DNA of 59,198 nucleotides, filler included, from Nitrospinae bacterium RIFCSPLOWO2_12_FULL_45_22 (GCA_001803565.1; 5 parts of 5 records of this genome joined end to end with filler, not necessarily neighbours in it); one strand, 5' to 3'; positions 8,626 through 19,234 are shown, counted from the first letter of the whole stretch. A program made the numbers and translations. Notes: generated by a model from the letters alone, not told the origin.

Positions 8626-11600
8626 AACTTTTTTTCTAGGCGCTCTTTGATCTCGGCAATCTTTTTTTTGACCAATTCTCTCTTTCCCGGATCTTTGCCC
8701 TCCTTTACCACCCTCTGGTAAATACTCAGGGCCTCAGACCATCTTTGTAGTTGTTCATAATTTTGCCCGGCCTTGATCAATGCCTCAGTAGATAGCTCTT
8801 TCTGTTCAGGATAGAGATAAGCCACTTTTAGATACTCTTCTATACCCTTCTGATACTCAGCAGCCCGGGTATAAGAATCGGCCAATTTGAAATGGGCCCT
8901 GGCACTTACTTCCTTATCAGGCGACTGGGTAGCTTTAGCAAACCACTCCTGCGCCTTTGCCAGTTCATTTTTCTCTGTGGATATGTCTCCCAGCGCTAGA
9001 TAGCTCCTGAAAGAATACGGCTCTTGGGGGAAGCTAGCTATCACCTTCTGGAAATAAGCTACCGCCTTATCCTTCTGACCGGATGAATAGAGGCAGGAGC
9101 CAATATAATAGAGGGCCTGGGGCACTAGGGGATGCTGAGAAAATTCTGCAATAAACCGCTCAAACCCATAACTGGCCTTTTGATATTCTCGGAGATAGAA
9201 GTTTGCTTCAGCCGTCTTGAACTGTGCTACTGGCCTGAGGCTACTGGCTGGATAGGATTCCAGGAGGCGCTGATAGGAGCGTAGAGCCGAGGCATAGTCT
9301 TTTGCCTGAAAATCCAATTCGCCTATCTGGAAAAAGGCCTTATCAGCTTCCGGGTTCTGGGGAAATACTTCTATGATAGCTTGATACATCTTCCTGGCTC
9401 CAGCGGTATCGCCTTCGGCTAATTGCTGTTCGCCCATCTGATACCTCAGGGTCATACTGAAGAGATGATGAGAATAACGGGTGAGGAATTTCTGGCTCAA
9501 GTCAAAAAACCCTTTTTTCTGGCCTTGTTGCAGGACGGTCTGGATAATAGCATATTCCGGTTCCGCTATCTGAGGATCAGAAGGATAGCTATTTATGATC
9601 TCCTGATAGGTCTTTAATGCCTGCGTATAATCCTTTTCGTTATAATAAGAATCGCCTATAGCCATCGAGGCCCGGAAGGCATAAGGGCTTTTGGGATAGT
9701 TTATAACCACCTTTTTCAACTCATTCCGCGCCACCGGGTAATTCTTTTGCAGAAAATAAGACATCCCATACCAGTACTGGGCATCATCACTCCATTCGCC
9801 CGGAGGTGACTTGGCTAATAGCCCCTCAAAGGCCCTCCTGGCTTCAGGATAATCCTCTCTTTTATAGCTGATCCACCCTAGTTGAAAAAGGGCTCCCTCC
9901 TGTAGACTACTCTGCGGAAATTGCTGTAAAAATCTCTGGAAATGGGTATAGGCCCGATCATATTCTTTAAGATTAAAATAGCACTCACCCAGCCGGAAAA
10001 GGGCCTCAGGCAGCAAGGTACTGTTAGGATATTTATCTATCAATTGCTGGAACAAGGGGGCGGCTTGTTGCCATTTCTCAGTGCGGTACAAGACCCAGGC
10101 CTTGCCATATAAGGCATAATCGGCCTTCTGTCCTTCAGGCGAGATAGCCCCATAGGCCTGCAGGGCTCGGCTAAACTCCTCTTGCTGGAAGCGGGATTCG
10201 GCCAGCCAGAAATTGGCCTCATCTATAAAAGGTGAGTCCGGGAATAGTTGTAAGAAACCTTCCAGGGCTTGGGCAGCCAGTTGATATTCGCCGGCTTGAT
10301 AATAGGATAAGCCTATACGTAACAGGGCCTTCTGATCAAGCTGTAGCGGCTTAACGCCGGTAGCTAGAAACTTTTCTGACTGGCGATAATACTCTATCGC
10401 CTTATGATACTCTTTGATCTGGTAATGACCTTCGCCTAACAAGAATAAGACCAGGGGCTTCAGGGAACTATCCGGATAATCCTTCAACAACTGACCGAAT
10501 ACCCGGATAGCCTCAGGGAAATCTTTTTGCTCTATCTGATAAGCCCCGACTTCGAATATAGCCTTATCCAGCCAGGGGTCCTGATGAGGGTGTTGAGTCT
10601 GGTAGGTTGACAGGAGGGCGGTAGCTTTAGGCAGATTCTTTAGTCCCAGGTAAGCCCGCATCTTGCCTATCAATACCGAGCCCTGGAAGCCACTCTGGGG
10701 GAAGTGCTTTTCTAGCTCCTCCCAGCTTGCTAATGCCTTAGCAAAGTCCTTTATATTAACCTGAGACCAGCCAATCCCATATAGGGCCCGCTCTGCTAAA
10801 GGGCTTGACGGATATTTTTGCCAATATTCTTCATACCGCCTCAGGGCATTAGGATAATCCCGGGCATAATAGAGACATTCCGCCTGCCAGAACAACGCAC
10901 TGTCCACTAAGGGACTGGTAGGTAATTTTTCTCTCAGCTCTTTAAATGCCTGACTGGCCTCACTAAATTTATCTAAGGTATAAAGGGCACCTCCACGCAA
11001 ATAGTAGCCCGACGAAACCAGGGCCGAGTTATTAACCGAGGAGGCATGCTTAATCACGAGGGCATATGCCTTCTCTGCCTGCAAATAATCCTTTTTTTCT
11101 AGATATGTCCAACCTGAAGAAAGATAGGCATAAGGGATATAGCGATGCTCAGGATGGTCTCTTATCAATTCTTCATAAGCCTTCAGGGCCTGAGCCGGCT
11201 CTTTTCGGTTGCTATACGCCTCACCCAACCAGTAGAGGGCTTCACCCCGGTATCTCCCCTGGCGATATTTACGCAGCAAAGTCTCCCAATTCTTTATCGC
11301 CCCAGTAAAATCCTCTTTCTGGAACTTATGCAACCCGATCTTATAATAGGCCTTTTCCTGTACCAGCAGCTTCATAATAGAGGCAGTTACAGCATTACGA
11401 TAGAACCAGCCGGGGCGCTTCTCCTGCGGAATATCCTTAACTATGGGTGTAGTCTCCAGGAATGCCAGTTCCTGCCTTATATCGGGTCTTTCTTTCTCCA
11501 GGCCATACCATATCTCCTGGGGCTGTAGCTTTTCTTTCTCCTCTTTTAGGACAGTAGTATCCTCACCAATTATTACTACCTCTGGCAACTGGATAGGCTC

Positions 11601-11687
11601 CTGAGCCTTTTTCTCCTGGGCCCAGATGCTCGGGCCAAGGGCAATCAGGATAATAATTACCAGGAAATAAAAGATTCTTTTCCTCAT
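8622..11687 (-). CDS. Large exported tetratricopeptide repeat protein (CpoB/BamD-like repeats)
   Basis: Signal peptide followed by many TPRs with YP.S..A..A motifs. Start is ATG 11687 or GTG 11702. Confidence 0.9.
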   Translation of the reverse strand: MRKRIFYFLVIIILIALGPSIWAQEKKAQEPIQLPEVVIIGEDTTVLKEEKEKLQPQEIWYGLEKERPDIRQELAFLETTPIVKDIPQEKRPGWFYRNAVTASIMKLLVQEKAYYKIGLHKFQKEDFTGAIKNWETLLRKYRQGRYRGEALYWLGEAYSNRKEPAQALKAYEELIRDHPEHRYIPYAYLSSGWTYLEKKDYLQAEKAYALVIKHASSVNNSALVSSGYYLRGGALYTLDKFSEASQAFKELREKLPTSPLVDSALFWQAECLYYARDYPNALRRYEEYWQKYPSSPLAERALYGIGWSQVNIKDFAKALASWEELEKHFPQSGFQGSVLIGKMRAYLGLKNLPKATALLSTYQTQHPHQDPWLDKAIFEVGAYQIEQKDFPEAIRVFGQLLKDYPDSSLKPLVLFLLGEGHYQIKEYHKAIEYYRQSEKFLATGVKPLQLDQKALLRIGLSYYQAGEYQLAAQALEGFLQLFPDSPFIDEANFWLAESRFQQEEFSRALQAYGAISPEGQKADYALYGKAWVLYRTEKWQQAAPLFQQLIDKYPNSTLLPEALFRLGECYFNLKEYDRAYTHFQRFLQQFPQSSLQEGALFQLGWISYKREDYPEARRAFEGLLAKSPPGEWSDDAQYWYGMSYFLQKNYPVARNELKKVVINYPKSPYAFRASMAIGDSYYNEKDYTQALKTYQEIINSYPSDPQIAEPEYAIIQTVLQQGQKKGFFDLSQKFLTRYSHHLFSMTLRYQMGEQQLAEGDTAGARKMYQAIIEVFPQNPEADKAFFQIGELDFQAKDYASALRSYQRLLESYPASSLRPVAQFKTAEANFYLREYQKASYGFERFIAEFSQHPLVPQALYYIGSCLYSSGQKDKAVAYFQKVIASFPQEPYSFRSYLALGDISTEKNELAKAQEWFAKATQSPDKEVSARAHFKLADSYTRAAEYQKGIEEYLKVAYLYPEQKELSTEALIKAGQNYEQLQRWSEALSIYQRVVKEGKDPGKRELVKKKIAEIKERLEKKF

Positions 11688-11739
11688 AGCTAACCTTACC
11701 ACCTAAAATTTATTATCCCCCATTTCAATATTAAAATTA

Positions 11740-11912
11740 GTAACCGTTCAGCCACCAAGGCACTAAGTCACCAAGAAGCTCAAAACTTAAAATGCAAAGT
11801 CTAAAATTAAGGTAATTATTCCTCAGCTTTGCACTTTTAGCTTTGCGTTTTACATTTCCTTGGTGCCCTTGTGTCTTAGTGGCTGATAAAGATTAGCCGG
11901 GTGAACGGTTAC
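11740..11912. mobile_element. IS66-like MITE with nested repeat hairpins
   Basis: Perfect TIR GTAACCGTTCA / TGAACGGTTAC and perfect 8-bp direct repeat TAAAATTA (11732-11739, 11913-11920). CACCAAG/CTTGGTG arms enclose a heptamer hairpin. Confidence 0.9.
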
Positions 11913-11917
11913 TAAAA

Positions 11918-12139
11918 TTATACCGGCTGAGCTGATTCACGATAGATGGCCAGATTAATAATCTGGGTGGGATCTTTTGTTGTCCTTTTACTGGCATCAA
12001 GGATTTCAATATCCACAATTCGTTTATCTTTAGCATAGTCAATGATTATTCCATCTACTTCTAACGAATCATCAATCTCCACATCCGGTAGAATTTCTAT
12101 ATTAAGCAAGTCATGAACTGGATCATACTCTATTTTCAT
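11918..12139 (-). CDS. DUF2283 family protein (putative antitoxin-like)
   Basis: MKIEYDP..D.L.I...IIIDY....IV.IEILDASK pattern. Confidence 0.85.
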   Translation of the reverse strand: MKIEYDPVHDLLNIEILPDVEIDDSLEVDGIIIDYAKDKRIVDIEILDASKRTTKDPTQIINLAIYRESAQPV

Positions 12140-12429
12140 AAATCCCTTTGCCTTCTATTTTTATCATAATATCACAATACAACTCCTTTTCAAAGATAAT
12201 GATAGATAATGGATAGGCAGTTAGGAAGGTTTTAGATAGGGCAACTCCGGGTAGCGAAACCGTGAGTGTCAGAGTTCTCACAAAGAGAAATTTAATCAAG
12301 TGAGAGAACCCTCTTTGATCTTTATATGGGGTAATCTATGGGATCGGTTGCGTTCATGCTAGCTCTAATAGGCTATATTGGAAAAATGTTAGGCAAATGA
12401 AAGTGGACATCGGAATTGTTATGAAATAA

Positions 12430-12529
12430 NNNNNNNNNNNNNNNNNNNNNNNNNNNNNNNNNNNNNNNNNNNNTTAATTAATTAANNNNNNNNNNNNNNN
12501 NNNNNNNNNNNNNNNNNNNNNNNNNNNNN
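12430..12529. other. Artificial contig linker
   Basis: N-run, TTAATTAATTAA (stops in all frames), N-run. Confidence 0.98.
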
Positions 12530-13215
12530 GCCTCCCGGCCAATCTCATCAATAACAATCACCTGGGGCATATGATTCTCCACCGCTTCAATCATTATATC
12601 ATGTTGCAGTTCTGGGTAGGGAACTTGCATGCGGCGTGCCCGGCCAATACCCGGATGGGGAATATCTCCATCGCCAGCAATTTCATTAGAGGTATCCACC
12701 ACCACAACCCTTTTGTCGAATTCTTCACTAAGTACCCGGGCTGCTTCTCGGCACATAGTGGTCTTGCCTACCCCAGGGCGGCCCAGGAGGAGTATGCTCT
12801 GACCGCGCTCTACTACATCCCTGATAATATCCAGGGTACCATAAACCGCCCGACCTATCCGGCAGGTAAGGCCAATTATCCTACCCTGGCGATTCCTGAT
12901 AGCGGATATTCGATGCAGAGTACGCGCAATCCCGGCCCGATTATCTTTGCCAAATTCTCCCACTCTACTCACTATATAATCCAGGTCTTCTGGTGTAACC
13001 TGCCGCTTTAATAAAGCAACTACCCTATTAGGAAAGCGGGCTTCCGGTAACCGGCCCAGGTCTACTACAATCTCTAATAGGTCTTCCGGATCATCCTCCC
13101 GCTCCAGTCCATTCTTTATCTCTCCCGGAAGAACGCCTAGTAGCTCCTCCAGGTTATCAGTTATCGGATAATTTTTAACTTCTGGCCTGGTAATTACCGA
13201 TAAAGATTCTTTCAT
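12530..13215 (-). CDS. Ycf45/SpoIIIAA-like AAA ATPase (3' truncated by contig end)
   Basis: [26 protein letters not shown], Walker [20 protein letters not shown], Walker B VIVIDEIG. Confidence 0.88.
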
Positions 13216-13233
13216 ATCAGCTCTTCCCCTCCC

Positions 13234-13718
13234 GTAACTACTCAATGTAAAATGCAAAATTAGCAATTAGCATTGTAAAATCAATTCTTTCCCTTTGCGG
13301 TAAGAATACTTTTTGCAATGATAGCACATAATTCTTCGCACTCCTGAAGGAGTGGTTCAATACGCTTAGGTGCCACGATGCCGGTCCTGTGGATAACCCG
13401 TAGCCAATAACGTGATTCTTTAAGCTCTTTTAGCACAATACTTAATTTGTGCGTAAAATCTGATCGGGATTCAGCCCCACAAGCTTCTTCGTAATTAGCT
13501 CCGGGAGACGTTCCAGACCGTATAAGTTGTCCCCCAATATGTTTGCTTATGCTTGTCTTTGGTAGAGTATTTACAAGTTTAATAATCCTAATCGCAAAAT
13601 CAATCAAACGCTCAGTAAGATTATCCACTTTATTCTTAATAATTTTAGCTTCATTCATTGCTTATTGCTAATTTTGCAATTTGCGTTTTGACACTTTTTA
13701 TTTTTCATTAGTGGTTAG
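13234..13718. mobile_element. Cassette with an IS66-like left end and heptamer arms carrying an intact four-helix-bundle gene
   Basis: GTAACTACTCAATG at 13234. Arms TGCAAAATTAGCA (13253-13265) and TGCTAATTTTGCA (13666-13678). A degenerate right end CATTAGTGGTTAG lies inside the carB 3' end. Confidence 0.7.
13281..13658 (-). CDS. Four helix bundle protein
   Basis: FAIRIIKL..LP...QLIRSGTSPGANYEEA..AESRSDF.HKLSI.LKEL.ES.YWL signature. Confidence 0.93.
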   Translation of the reverse strand: MNEAKIIKNKVDNLTERLIDFAIRIIKLVNTLPKTSISKHIGGQLIRSGTSPGANYEEACGAESRSDFTHKLSIVLKELKESRYWLRVIHRTGIVAPKRIEPLLQECEELCAIIAKSILTAKGKN

Positions 13719-16700
13719 GCTAGCCAGGTGGTATTCCTGGAGCGAGAGGACTTCGAGTTGTCCCTCGAGTATAGCCTTGATCCCTTGAGTGGCTGCCCAA
13801 GCCCCTGCTATCGTAGTGTAATAAGGCAGATTATAAACCAGGGCATTACGGCGAATATAATAAGAGTCGTGCTGGGAGGCTTTCCCTTCGGGAGTATTAA
13901 TAACCAGAGCTACTTCACCATTCTTTATATGATCCACGATATGGGGCCGACCTTCTTTATATTTAAGCACGCTCTCTACGGCTAAACCAGCACCTCTTAA
14001 ATACTCGCCCGTGCCGCGGGTAGCTAGCAACTGAAAGCCCAATTGTACCAGTTCGCGGGCAATCTTTAGCACAGCCGGCTTGTCCTTATCCCTAACACTG
14101 ATAAAGACCTTGCCCTTTCTGGGCAGTCCACCATCGGTACTTAATTGAGACTTAGCAAAGGCCTTGCCAAAAGCGCTATCTATCCCCATGACTTCTCCGG
14201 TAGACTTCATTTCCGGCCCCAGGATACTATCTACCCCAGGGAATTTGATAAAGGGGAACACTGCTTCTTTGACTGCCATATGCCTGACTATCCTTTCCTG
14301 CGTAAATCCTAACTCGCTTAAAGATTTACCTACCATAACCTTAGTAGCTAGCTTAGCCAGGGGCACACCGATGGCCTTACTGACAAAAGGTATGGTACGA
14401 GAAGCCCGGGGGTTAACCTCGAGGATATAGATGCTATCCCCCTGGATAGCCAGTTGTATATTGATTAATCCTACTACCTGCAACTCTTTAGCCAACCGAT
14501 AAGTATGTTCTTTGATGGTCTCGATCAGGGAAGGGGCAAGGGAATACGGGGGCAATGAACAAGAACTGTCCCCGGAATGGATACCAGCCTCTTCAATATG
14601 CTCCATTATCCCGCCAATGACTACGTCATGACCATCAGCAATAGCATCAACATCAATCTCGATAGCGTCTTCCAGAAACTTATCTATCAGGACCGGGTGC
14701 TCAGGCGAGGCGGTCATGGCCTTAGTTATATATTCCTCCAGACTGGATTCATCATAGACCACCTCCATAGCCCTACCCCCCAGGACATAGGATGGCCTTA
14801 CCAGTACCGGATAGCCGATCTGTTGGGTGATCTTTTTAGCCTCTTGAAAAGATAACGCAGTGCCGCTTACTGGTTGTTGGAGTCCTAGTTTATTTAGTAG
14901 TTGCCTGAATCTCTCCCGGTCTTCTGCCCGGTCTATGCTATCCGGTGAGGTGCCTATGATCTTAACCCCAGCCTTTTCTAGTGGGACAGCCAGCTTTAGT
15001 GGTGTTTGGCCGCCAAACTGGACTATCACCCCATCGGGCTCTTCTACCTCTACGATATTCAAGACATCTTCTAAGGTTAATGGCTCAAAATAGAGCCGGT
15101 CAGAGGTGTCATAATCCGTACTAACGGTCTCTGGGTTGCAGTTCACCATGATAGATTCATAGCCGATCTCTTTCAAGGCATAAGCAGCATGGACACAGCA
15201 ATAATCAAACTCTATCCCCTGGCCGATGCGGTTAGGGCCACTACCTAAGATAACGATCTTTTTTTGCCTGGTGGGTTGGGCTTCACACTCCCGCTCATAT
15301 GTAGAATAGAGGTATGGCGTATAAGCCTCAAACTCGGCCGCACAGGTATCAACCCGTTTGAAGGTAACCCTTATCCCGCCCTCTTTCCGCAATCTTCTTA
15401 CCCTAGCTTCCGAAGTATTCCAGATTTGTGCTAGCCCGCGATCGGAAAAGCCATATTCTTTGGCCTTACGCAATAGTGGCCCGGAGCTGGCTCCGGCAGT
15501 CTTTAATTCTTCCTCCAGGGCTACTATCTCCTGTATATTAGACAAAAACCAGGGATCAATCCTGGTAAGTTCATAAATCTCTTCTACCGTCCAACCTAGC
15601 CGCAAGGCCTGAGCAATATCCCAGACCCTCTCCCAAGTAGGTAATTTCAACTTTTCCTGTATTATCTCTTCTATGTCATCCCGAGCCCTTCGGCCCTGAA
15701 CAGGCCTCAGGGCAGGCTCCGCGAAGGGGAAGCGAGGAATCTTATCCTTTGCCTCTCTGTGAGACCTGTTCATTTCTTCCAACCCGTATCTATCAATCTC
15801 CAGTGAGCGGATGGCCTTTTGGAGGGCCTCCTTAAAAGTACGACCGATAGCCATCACCTCACCTACCGATTTCATTTGGGTAGTAAGGGTCTGGTCGGCC
15901 TGGGGGAATTTTTCAAAGGCAAAGCGGGGGAACTTCACTACACAATAGTCAATGGTAGGTTCGAAAGAAGCCGGGGTCTCACGGGTTATATCGTTAGGTA
16001 TCTCATCCAGGGTATAGCCAACCGCTAATTTAGCGGCAATCTTGGCAATAGGAAAGCCCGTGGCCTTGGAAGCCAGGGCCGAGCTGCGCGATACCCGGGG
16101 ATTCATCTCTATTACTACCATCTGGCCATTTTTGGGGTTGACCGCAAATTGTATATTGGAACCACCGGTCTCTACGCCAATTTCTCGGATAATGGCGATA
16201 GCAGCATCACGCATCAGTTGGTATTCTTTGTCGGTAAGGGTTTGCGCCGGCGCCACCGTGATGCTGTCACCCGTATGAATGCCCATAGGGTCAAAATTTT
16301 CTATGGAGCAGATAATGACCACATTATCTTTTAAATCCCGCATCACTTCCAGTTCATATTCCTTCCAGCCAATAACTGACTCTTCAATCAGTATCTGCCC
16401 AACCGGACTGGTATTCAAGCCCCATTCTACATAGGCGCTAAATTCTTCTATGTTGTAAGCGATATTGCCGCCCGTACCGCCTAAGGTAAAGGAGGGCCGA
16501 ATAATATTGGGAAAACCCACTTCTTCCAGGATTTGCCGGGCTTCTTTCTCTGAGCTGGCATAGCCGCTCTCAGGGATTTCCAGGTTAATGGCTTGCATGG
16601 CCTTTTTGAACAGGTTCCTATCCTCAGCCTTTTTTATCGCCTCAAGTTTTGCCCCTATCAGCTCTACACCATATTTGTCCAGGACACCGGTTTCCGCCAG

Positions 16701-17003
16701 GGTAACAGCAATGTTTAACCCCGTCTGGCCTCCCAGGGTAGGGAGTAGGGCCTCAGGGCGCTCCCGGGCAATGATCTTCTCGACTATCTCCGGAGTAATC
16801 GGCTCGATGTAAGTACGATCGGCCATCTCGGGATCAGTCATGATAGTAGCGGGATTGCTATTGATCAATACTACTTGATAACCCTCTTCTCTCAATGCCT
16901 TACAGGCCTGGGTGCCAGAATAGTCAAATTCGCATGCCTGGCCAATGACAATGGGTCCAGAGCCTATTAGCAATATCTTCCTGATATCTTTTCGCTTAGG
17001 CAA
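13698..17003 (-). CDS. carB: Carbamoyl-phosphate synthase large subunit
   Basis: MPKRKDI...[20 protein letters not shown], two ATP-grasp halves and an MGS domain; contains an in-frame repeat insertion. Confidence 0.98.
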   Translation of the reverse strand: MPKRKDIRKILLIGSGPIVIGQACEFDYSGTQACKALREEGYQVVLINSNPATIMTDPEMADRTYIEPITPEIVEKIIARERPEALLPTLGGQTGLNIAVTLAETGVLDKYGVELIGAKLEAIKKAEDRNLFKKAMQAINLEIPESGYASSEKEARQILEEVGFPNIIRPSFTLGGTGGNIAYNIEEFSAYVEWGLNTSPVGQILIEESVIGWKEYELEVMRDLKDNVVIICSIENFDPMGIHTGDSITVAPAQTLTDKEYQLMRDAAIAIIREIGVETGGSNIQFAVNPKNGQMVVIEMNPRVSRSSALASKATGFPIAKIAAKLAVGYTLDEIPNDITRETPASFEPTIDYCVVKFPRFAFEKFPQADQTLTTQMKSVGEVMAIGRTFKEALQKAIRSLEIDRYGLEEMNRSHREAKDKIPRFPFAEPALRPVQGRRARDDIEEIIQEKLKLPTWERVWDIAQALRLGWTVEEIYELTRIDPWFLSNIQEIVALEEELKTAGASSGPLLRKAKEYGFSDRGLAQIWNTSEARVRRLRKEGGIRVTFKRVDTCAAEFEAYTPYLYSTYERECEAQPTRQKKIVILGSGPNRIGQGIEFDYCCVHAAYALKEIGYESIMVNCNPETVSTDYDTSDRLYFEPLTLEDVLNIVEVEEPDGVIVQFGGQTPLKLAVPLEKAGVKIIGTSPDSIDRAEDRERFRQLLNKLGLQQPVSGTALSFQEAKKITQQIGYPVLVRPSYVLGGRAMEVVYDESSLEEYITKAMTASPEHPVLIDKFLEDAIEIDVDAIADGHDVVIGGIMEHIEEAGIHSGDSSCSLPPYSLAPSLIETIKEHTYRLAKELQVVGLINIQLAIQGDSIYILEVNPRASRTIPFVSKAIGVPLAKLATKVMVGKSLSELGFTQERIVRHMAVKEAVFPFIKFPGVDSILGPEMKSTGEVMGIDSAFGKAFAKSQLSTDGGLPRKGKVFISVRDKDKPAVLKIARELVQLGFQLLATRGTGEYLRGAGLAVESVLKYKEGRPHIVDHIKNGEVALVINTPEGKASQHDSYYIRRNALVYNLPYYTTIAGAWAATQGIKAILEGQLEVLSLQEYHLASLTTNEK
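15675..15742. repeat. REP-like palindromic repeat inserted in frame in carB
   Basis: GTCATCCCGAGC-[CCTTCG...CTCAGGGCAGGCTCCGCGAAGG]-GGAAGCGAGGAATCT; translated as [22 protein letters not shown]. Confidence 0.75.
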
Positions 17004-17640
17004 GTTGCTCTCCTAACACTACCTCTAAGGCCCGGCGACTGAGCTGCCCTTCCCGGATTAGGGTAGGGGGTAAGGTAGTTACATCAACGATGGAAGAAGC
17101 CCTGTCTGTCCCACACACCCCTCCATCTACTATGAGGTCTATCCCGTCTCCCAGGAAAGTTTCTATTTCCTTGACACTCATCAGGTCGGGCTGGCCAGAT
17201 ATATTAGCGCTGGTGCCGGTTAAGGGCACCTTTGTCTCTTTAAGCAATAGATCAAGGAAGGGGTTTTTGGGTTGCCTGAAGGCTATTTTTGAAGTATTAC
17301 CCAGTAACGAAGGCGGGAGGTTATTTGCAGCTTCAAAGATCAAAGTAAGGGGCCCGGGCCAAAAAATCCTGATGAGCCTTTCTCCTGCTTCTGGTATAGT
17401 CTTTACCCGTCCTTTCAACTGCTCCTTGTCATGTATAAGGAGCAATATAGGTTTAGCGAAATCCCTTTTTTTTATCCGATAAACCCTTTTGATTGCTCTT
17501 TCATCTAGACTGTTTACCGCTATTCCATATAAGGTATCAGTGGGAATGACTACTAATCCCCCCGCTAGAATGGCTGCCACAATCTCCTCTACTAACTCTT
17601 TATTGGGGGAGGATGGATCAATCTTGAGGATTTTTACCAT
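16996..17640 (-). CDS. tsaC: L-threonylcarbamoyladenylate synthase (Sua5/TsaC)
   Basis: PTDTLYG, K.R...KP, FWPGPLT and TSANISG motifs. Confidence 0.93.
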   Translation of the reverse strand: MVKILKIDPSSPNKELVEEIVAAILAGGLVVIPTDTLYGIAVNSLDERAIKRVYRIKKRDFAKPILLLIHDKEQLKGRVKTIPEAGERLIRIFWPGPLTLIFEAANNLPPSLLGNTSKIAFRQPKNPFLDLLLKETKVPLTGTSANISGQPDLMSVKEIETFLGDGIDLIVDGGVCGTDRASSIVDVTTLPPTLIREGQLSRRALEVVLGEQLA

Positions 17641-17710
17641 GCAAATTATCGGCTAGGCTCTACCCAGCTCAAAAAGAGTCGTTTTTTGTCTAGCTATCAC
17701 TTCGTTTATT

Positions 17711-17740
17711 ATTATACCTTTCTCCTCTATCCTACGTCAA
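17711..17740 (-). promoter_or_regulatory. Sigma-70 promoter for tsaC-carB
   Basis: Minus strand TTGACG-18 nt-TATAAT. Confidence 0.6.
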
Positions 17741-17773
17741 GCCGCCTGGATGGCAAGATGGTCTCTCATCTAC

Positions 17774-17801
17774 TTGACAGGACTTTGAGAGGCAATATAA
17801 T
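17774..17801 (+). promoter_or_regulatory. Sigma-70 promoter for queA
   Basis: TTGACA-16 nt-TATAAT. Confidence 0.7.
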
Positions 17802-17823
17802 GCATTACAGATTAAGGCATCCT

Positions 17824-18051
17824 GTAAATACTCACTGAACCCCGTTTAATGAAACCACAAGATTTCACAAGATTTACACAAGATAATGAAGGGAAATGGC
17901 GGGGTGCACCCCGGGCACAACTTTTAAATTATTTGAAGGCTACCAGGAAAAGGGTTGGTTTGCTACTAAATTTTGGCAAGGAGAGTTTAGGGATTAGGAG
18001 GAAAATCTTGTGATAATCTCGTGTTAATCTCGTGGTTTACTGAATACTTCC
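17824..18051 (+). mobile_element. IS66-like MITE carrying a GxxExxY gene remnant
   Basis: Ends GTAAATACTCA...TGAATACTTCC with perfect 8-bp direct repeat GGCATCCT (17816-17823, 18052-18059). Encodes AQLLNYLKATRKRVGLLLNFGKESLGIRRKIL*. Confidence 0.88.
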
Positions 18052-18060
18052 GGCATCCTC

Positions 18061-18162
18061 TACACGAATAAAATAAGGTTACAATCAAGGCTAAAGGTTT
18101 GAGGTCGTATGGTGTTGTTTTAATTATTCGTGCAATTCGTCTATTCGTGTCATTGGTGGTTA
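18061..18162. repeat. Degenerate CACGAAT/ATTCGTG repeat hairpin relic
   Basis: TACACGAATA at left; TATTCGTGCAATTCGTCTATTCGTGTCATTGGTGG at right. Confidence 0.55.
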
Positions 18163-18180
18163 AGTCTTTGTTTGGAAAAG

Positions 18181-19221
18181 ATGGAAACCAAAGAGCTGTA
18201 TTATTCTCTACCAGAAGAATTTATTGCCCAATACCCGGCTGAGGAGCGGGAGGCCTCCCGGCTCATGATCCTTGACCGAAAGGGTAAGTCATGGGGGCAT
18301 AGCCGGTTCGATAGTCTACCAAATTATCTCCAGTCAGGGGACTTATTGGTGCTGAATGATACCAGGGTTATCCCGGCCCGCCTCATAGGGTGTAAAGTTA
18401 ATACCCATAGGAAAATAGAGGTATTACTGGTGAAGGAGGTTGCCCCTCGCTCCTGGGAAGCCTTAGTAAAACCAGGCAAAAAAGCCCCTATAAATACCCA
18501 GATCATCTTTGGCAAGGGCGACTTGAAGGGGGTAGTGACCGCGGTTTGTGGTCCGGGGAAGAGGGTGATAGAGTTTTTTGCTAACGGATACCTGGAGGCC
18601 AAGCTGAAACAATATGGCATGGTGCCAATACCACCCTACATCAAACGAGACTCTCATCATCCCCTGGAACTAGACCAGGTAAGGTACCAAACGGTCTATG
18701 CCAGGATAGAAGGGGCAATAGCAGCCCCTACCGCGGGATTACATTTTACTGAAAGGTTATTGGAAAGGATTAAAGAGCAAGGTGTCCAAATACTCTCTCT
18801 CACCCTGCATATAGGTCCCGGCACCTTCCGGCCGATAAAAAGCAGGGTAGTAGGAGAACACCCAATGGAGCCTGAATATTACATAATAGAACCCGAGACA
18901 GCCGATATAATAACCCGCGCTAAAGAAGATGGCAGGCGGATAGTAGCAGTAGGGACTAGTGTTACCAGGGCATTGGAGACCATATTTGGCTCACCTTACC
19001 AACCGAGACCCTTAGAAGGCTGGACCGACTTGTTCATGTATCCGGGATACTGCTTTAAGGTTGTGGATAGTCTGGTAACCAATTTCCATCTACCTGGCTC
19101 TACACTCCTGGCCCTGGTTTTTGCCTTTGCTGGTAAGGAATTGATCCTTAAGGCTTATCAAGCAGCGATAAAAGAAAGATACCGCTTTTACAGCTATGGT
19201 GATGCCATGCTAATTATCTGA
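18181..19221 (+). CDS. queA: S-adenosylmethionine:tRNA ribosyltransferase-isomerase
   Basis: IAQYP, NDTRVIPARL, PPYIKR, YQTVYA, AAPTAGLHFT and FYSYGDAMLI motifs; ATG start at 18181. Confidence 0.97.
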   Translation: METKELYYSLPEEFIAQYPAEEREASRLMILDRKGKSWGHSRFDSLPNYLQSGDLLVLNDTRVIPARLIGCKVNTHRKIEVLLVKEVAPRSWEALVKPGKKAPINTQIIFGKGDLKGVVTAVCGPGKRVIEFFANGYLEAKLKQYGMVPIPPYIKRDSHHPLELDQVRYQTVYARIEGAIAAPTAGLHFTERLLERIKEQGVQILSLTLHIGPGTFRPIKSRVVGEHPMEPEYYIIEPETADIITRAKEDGRRIVAVGTSVTRALETIFGSPYQPRPLEGWTDLFMYPGYCFKVVDSLVTNFHLPGSTLLALVFAFAGKELILKAYQAAIKERYRFYSYGDAMLII

Positions 19222-19234
19222 TAATTTCCCATAA

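Noticed and set aside
11740-11912. Integron attC sites
   Set aside because: The 8-bp target duplications and GTAA ends fit IS66-type transposition; there is no integrase or regular cassette array.
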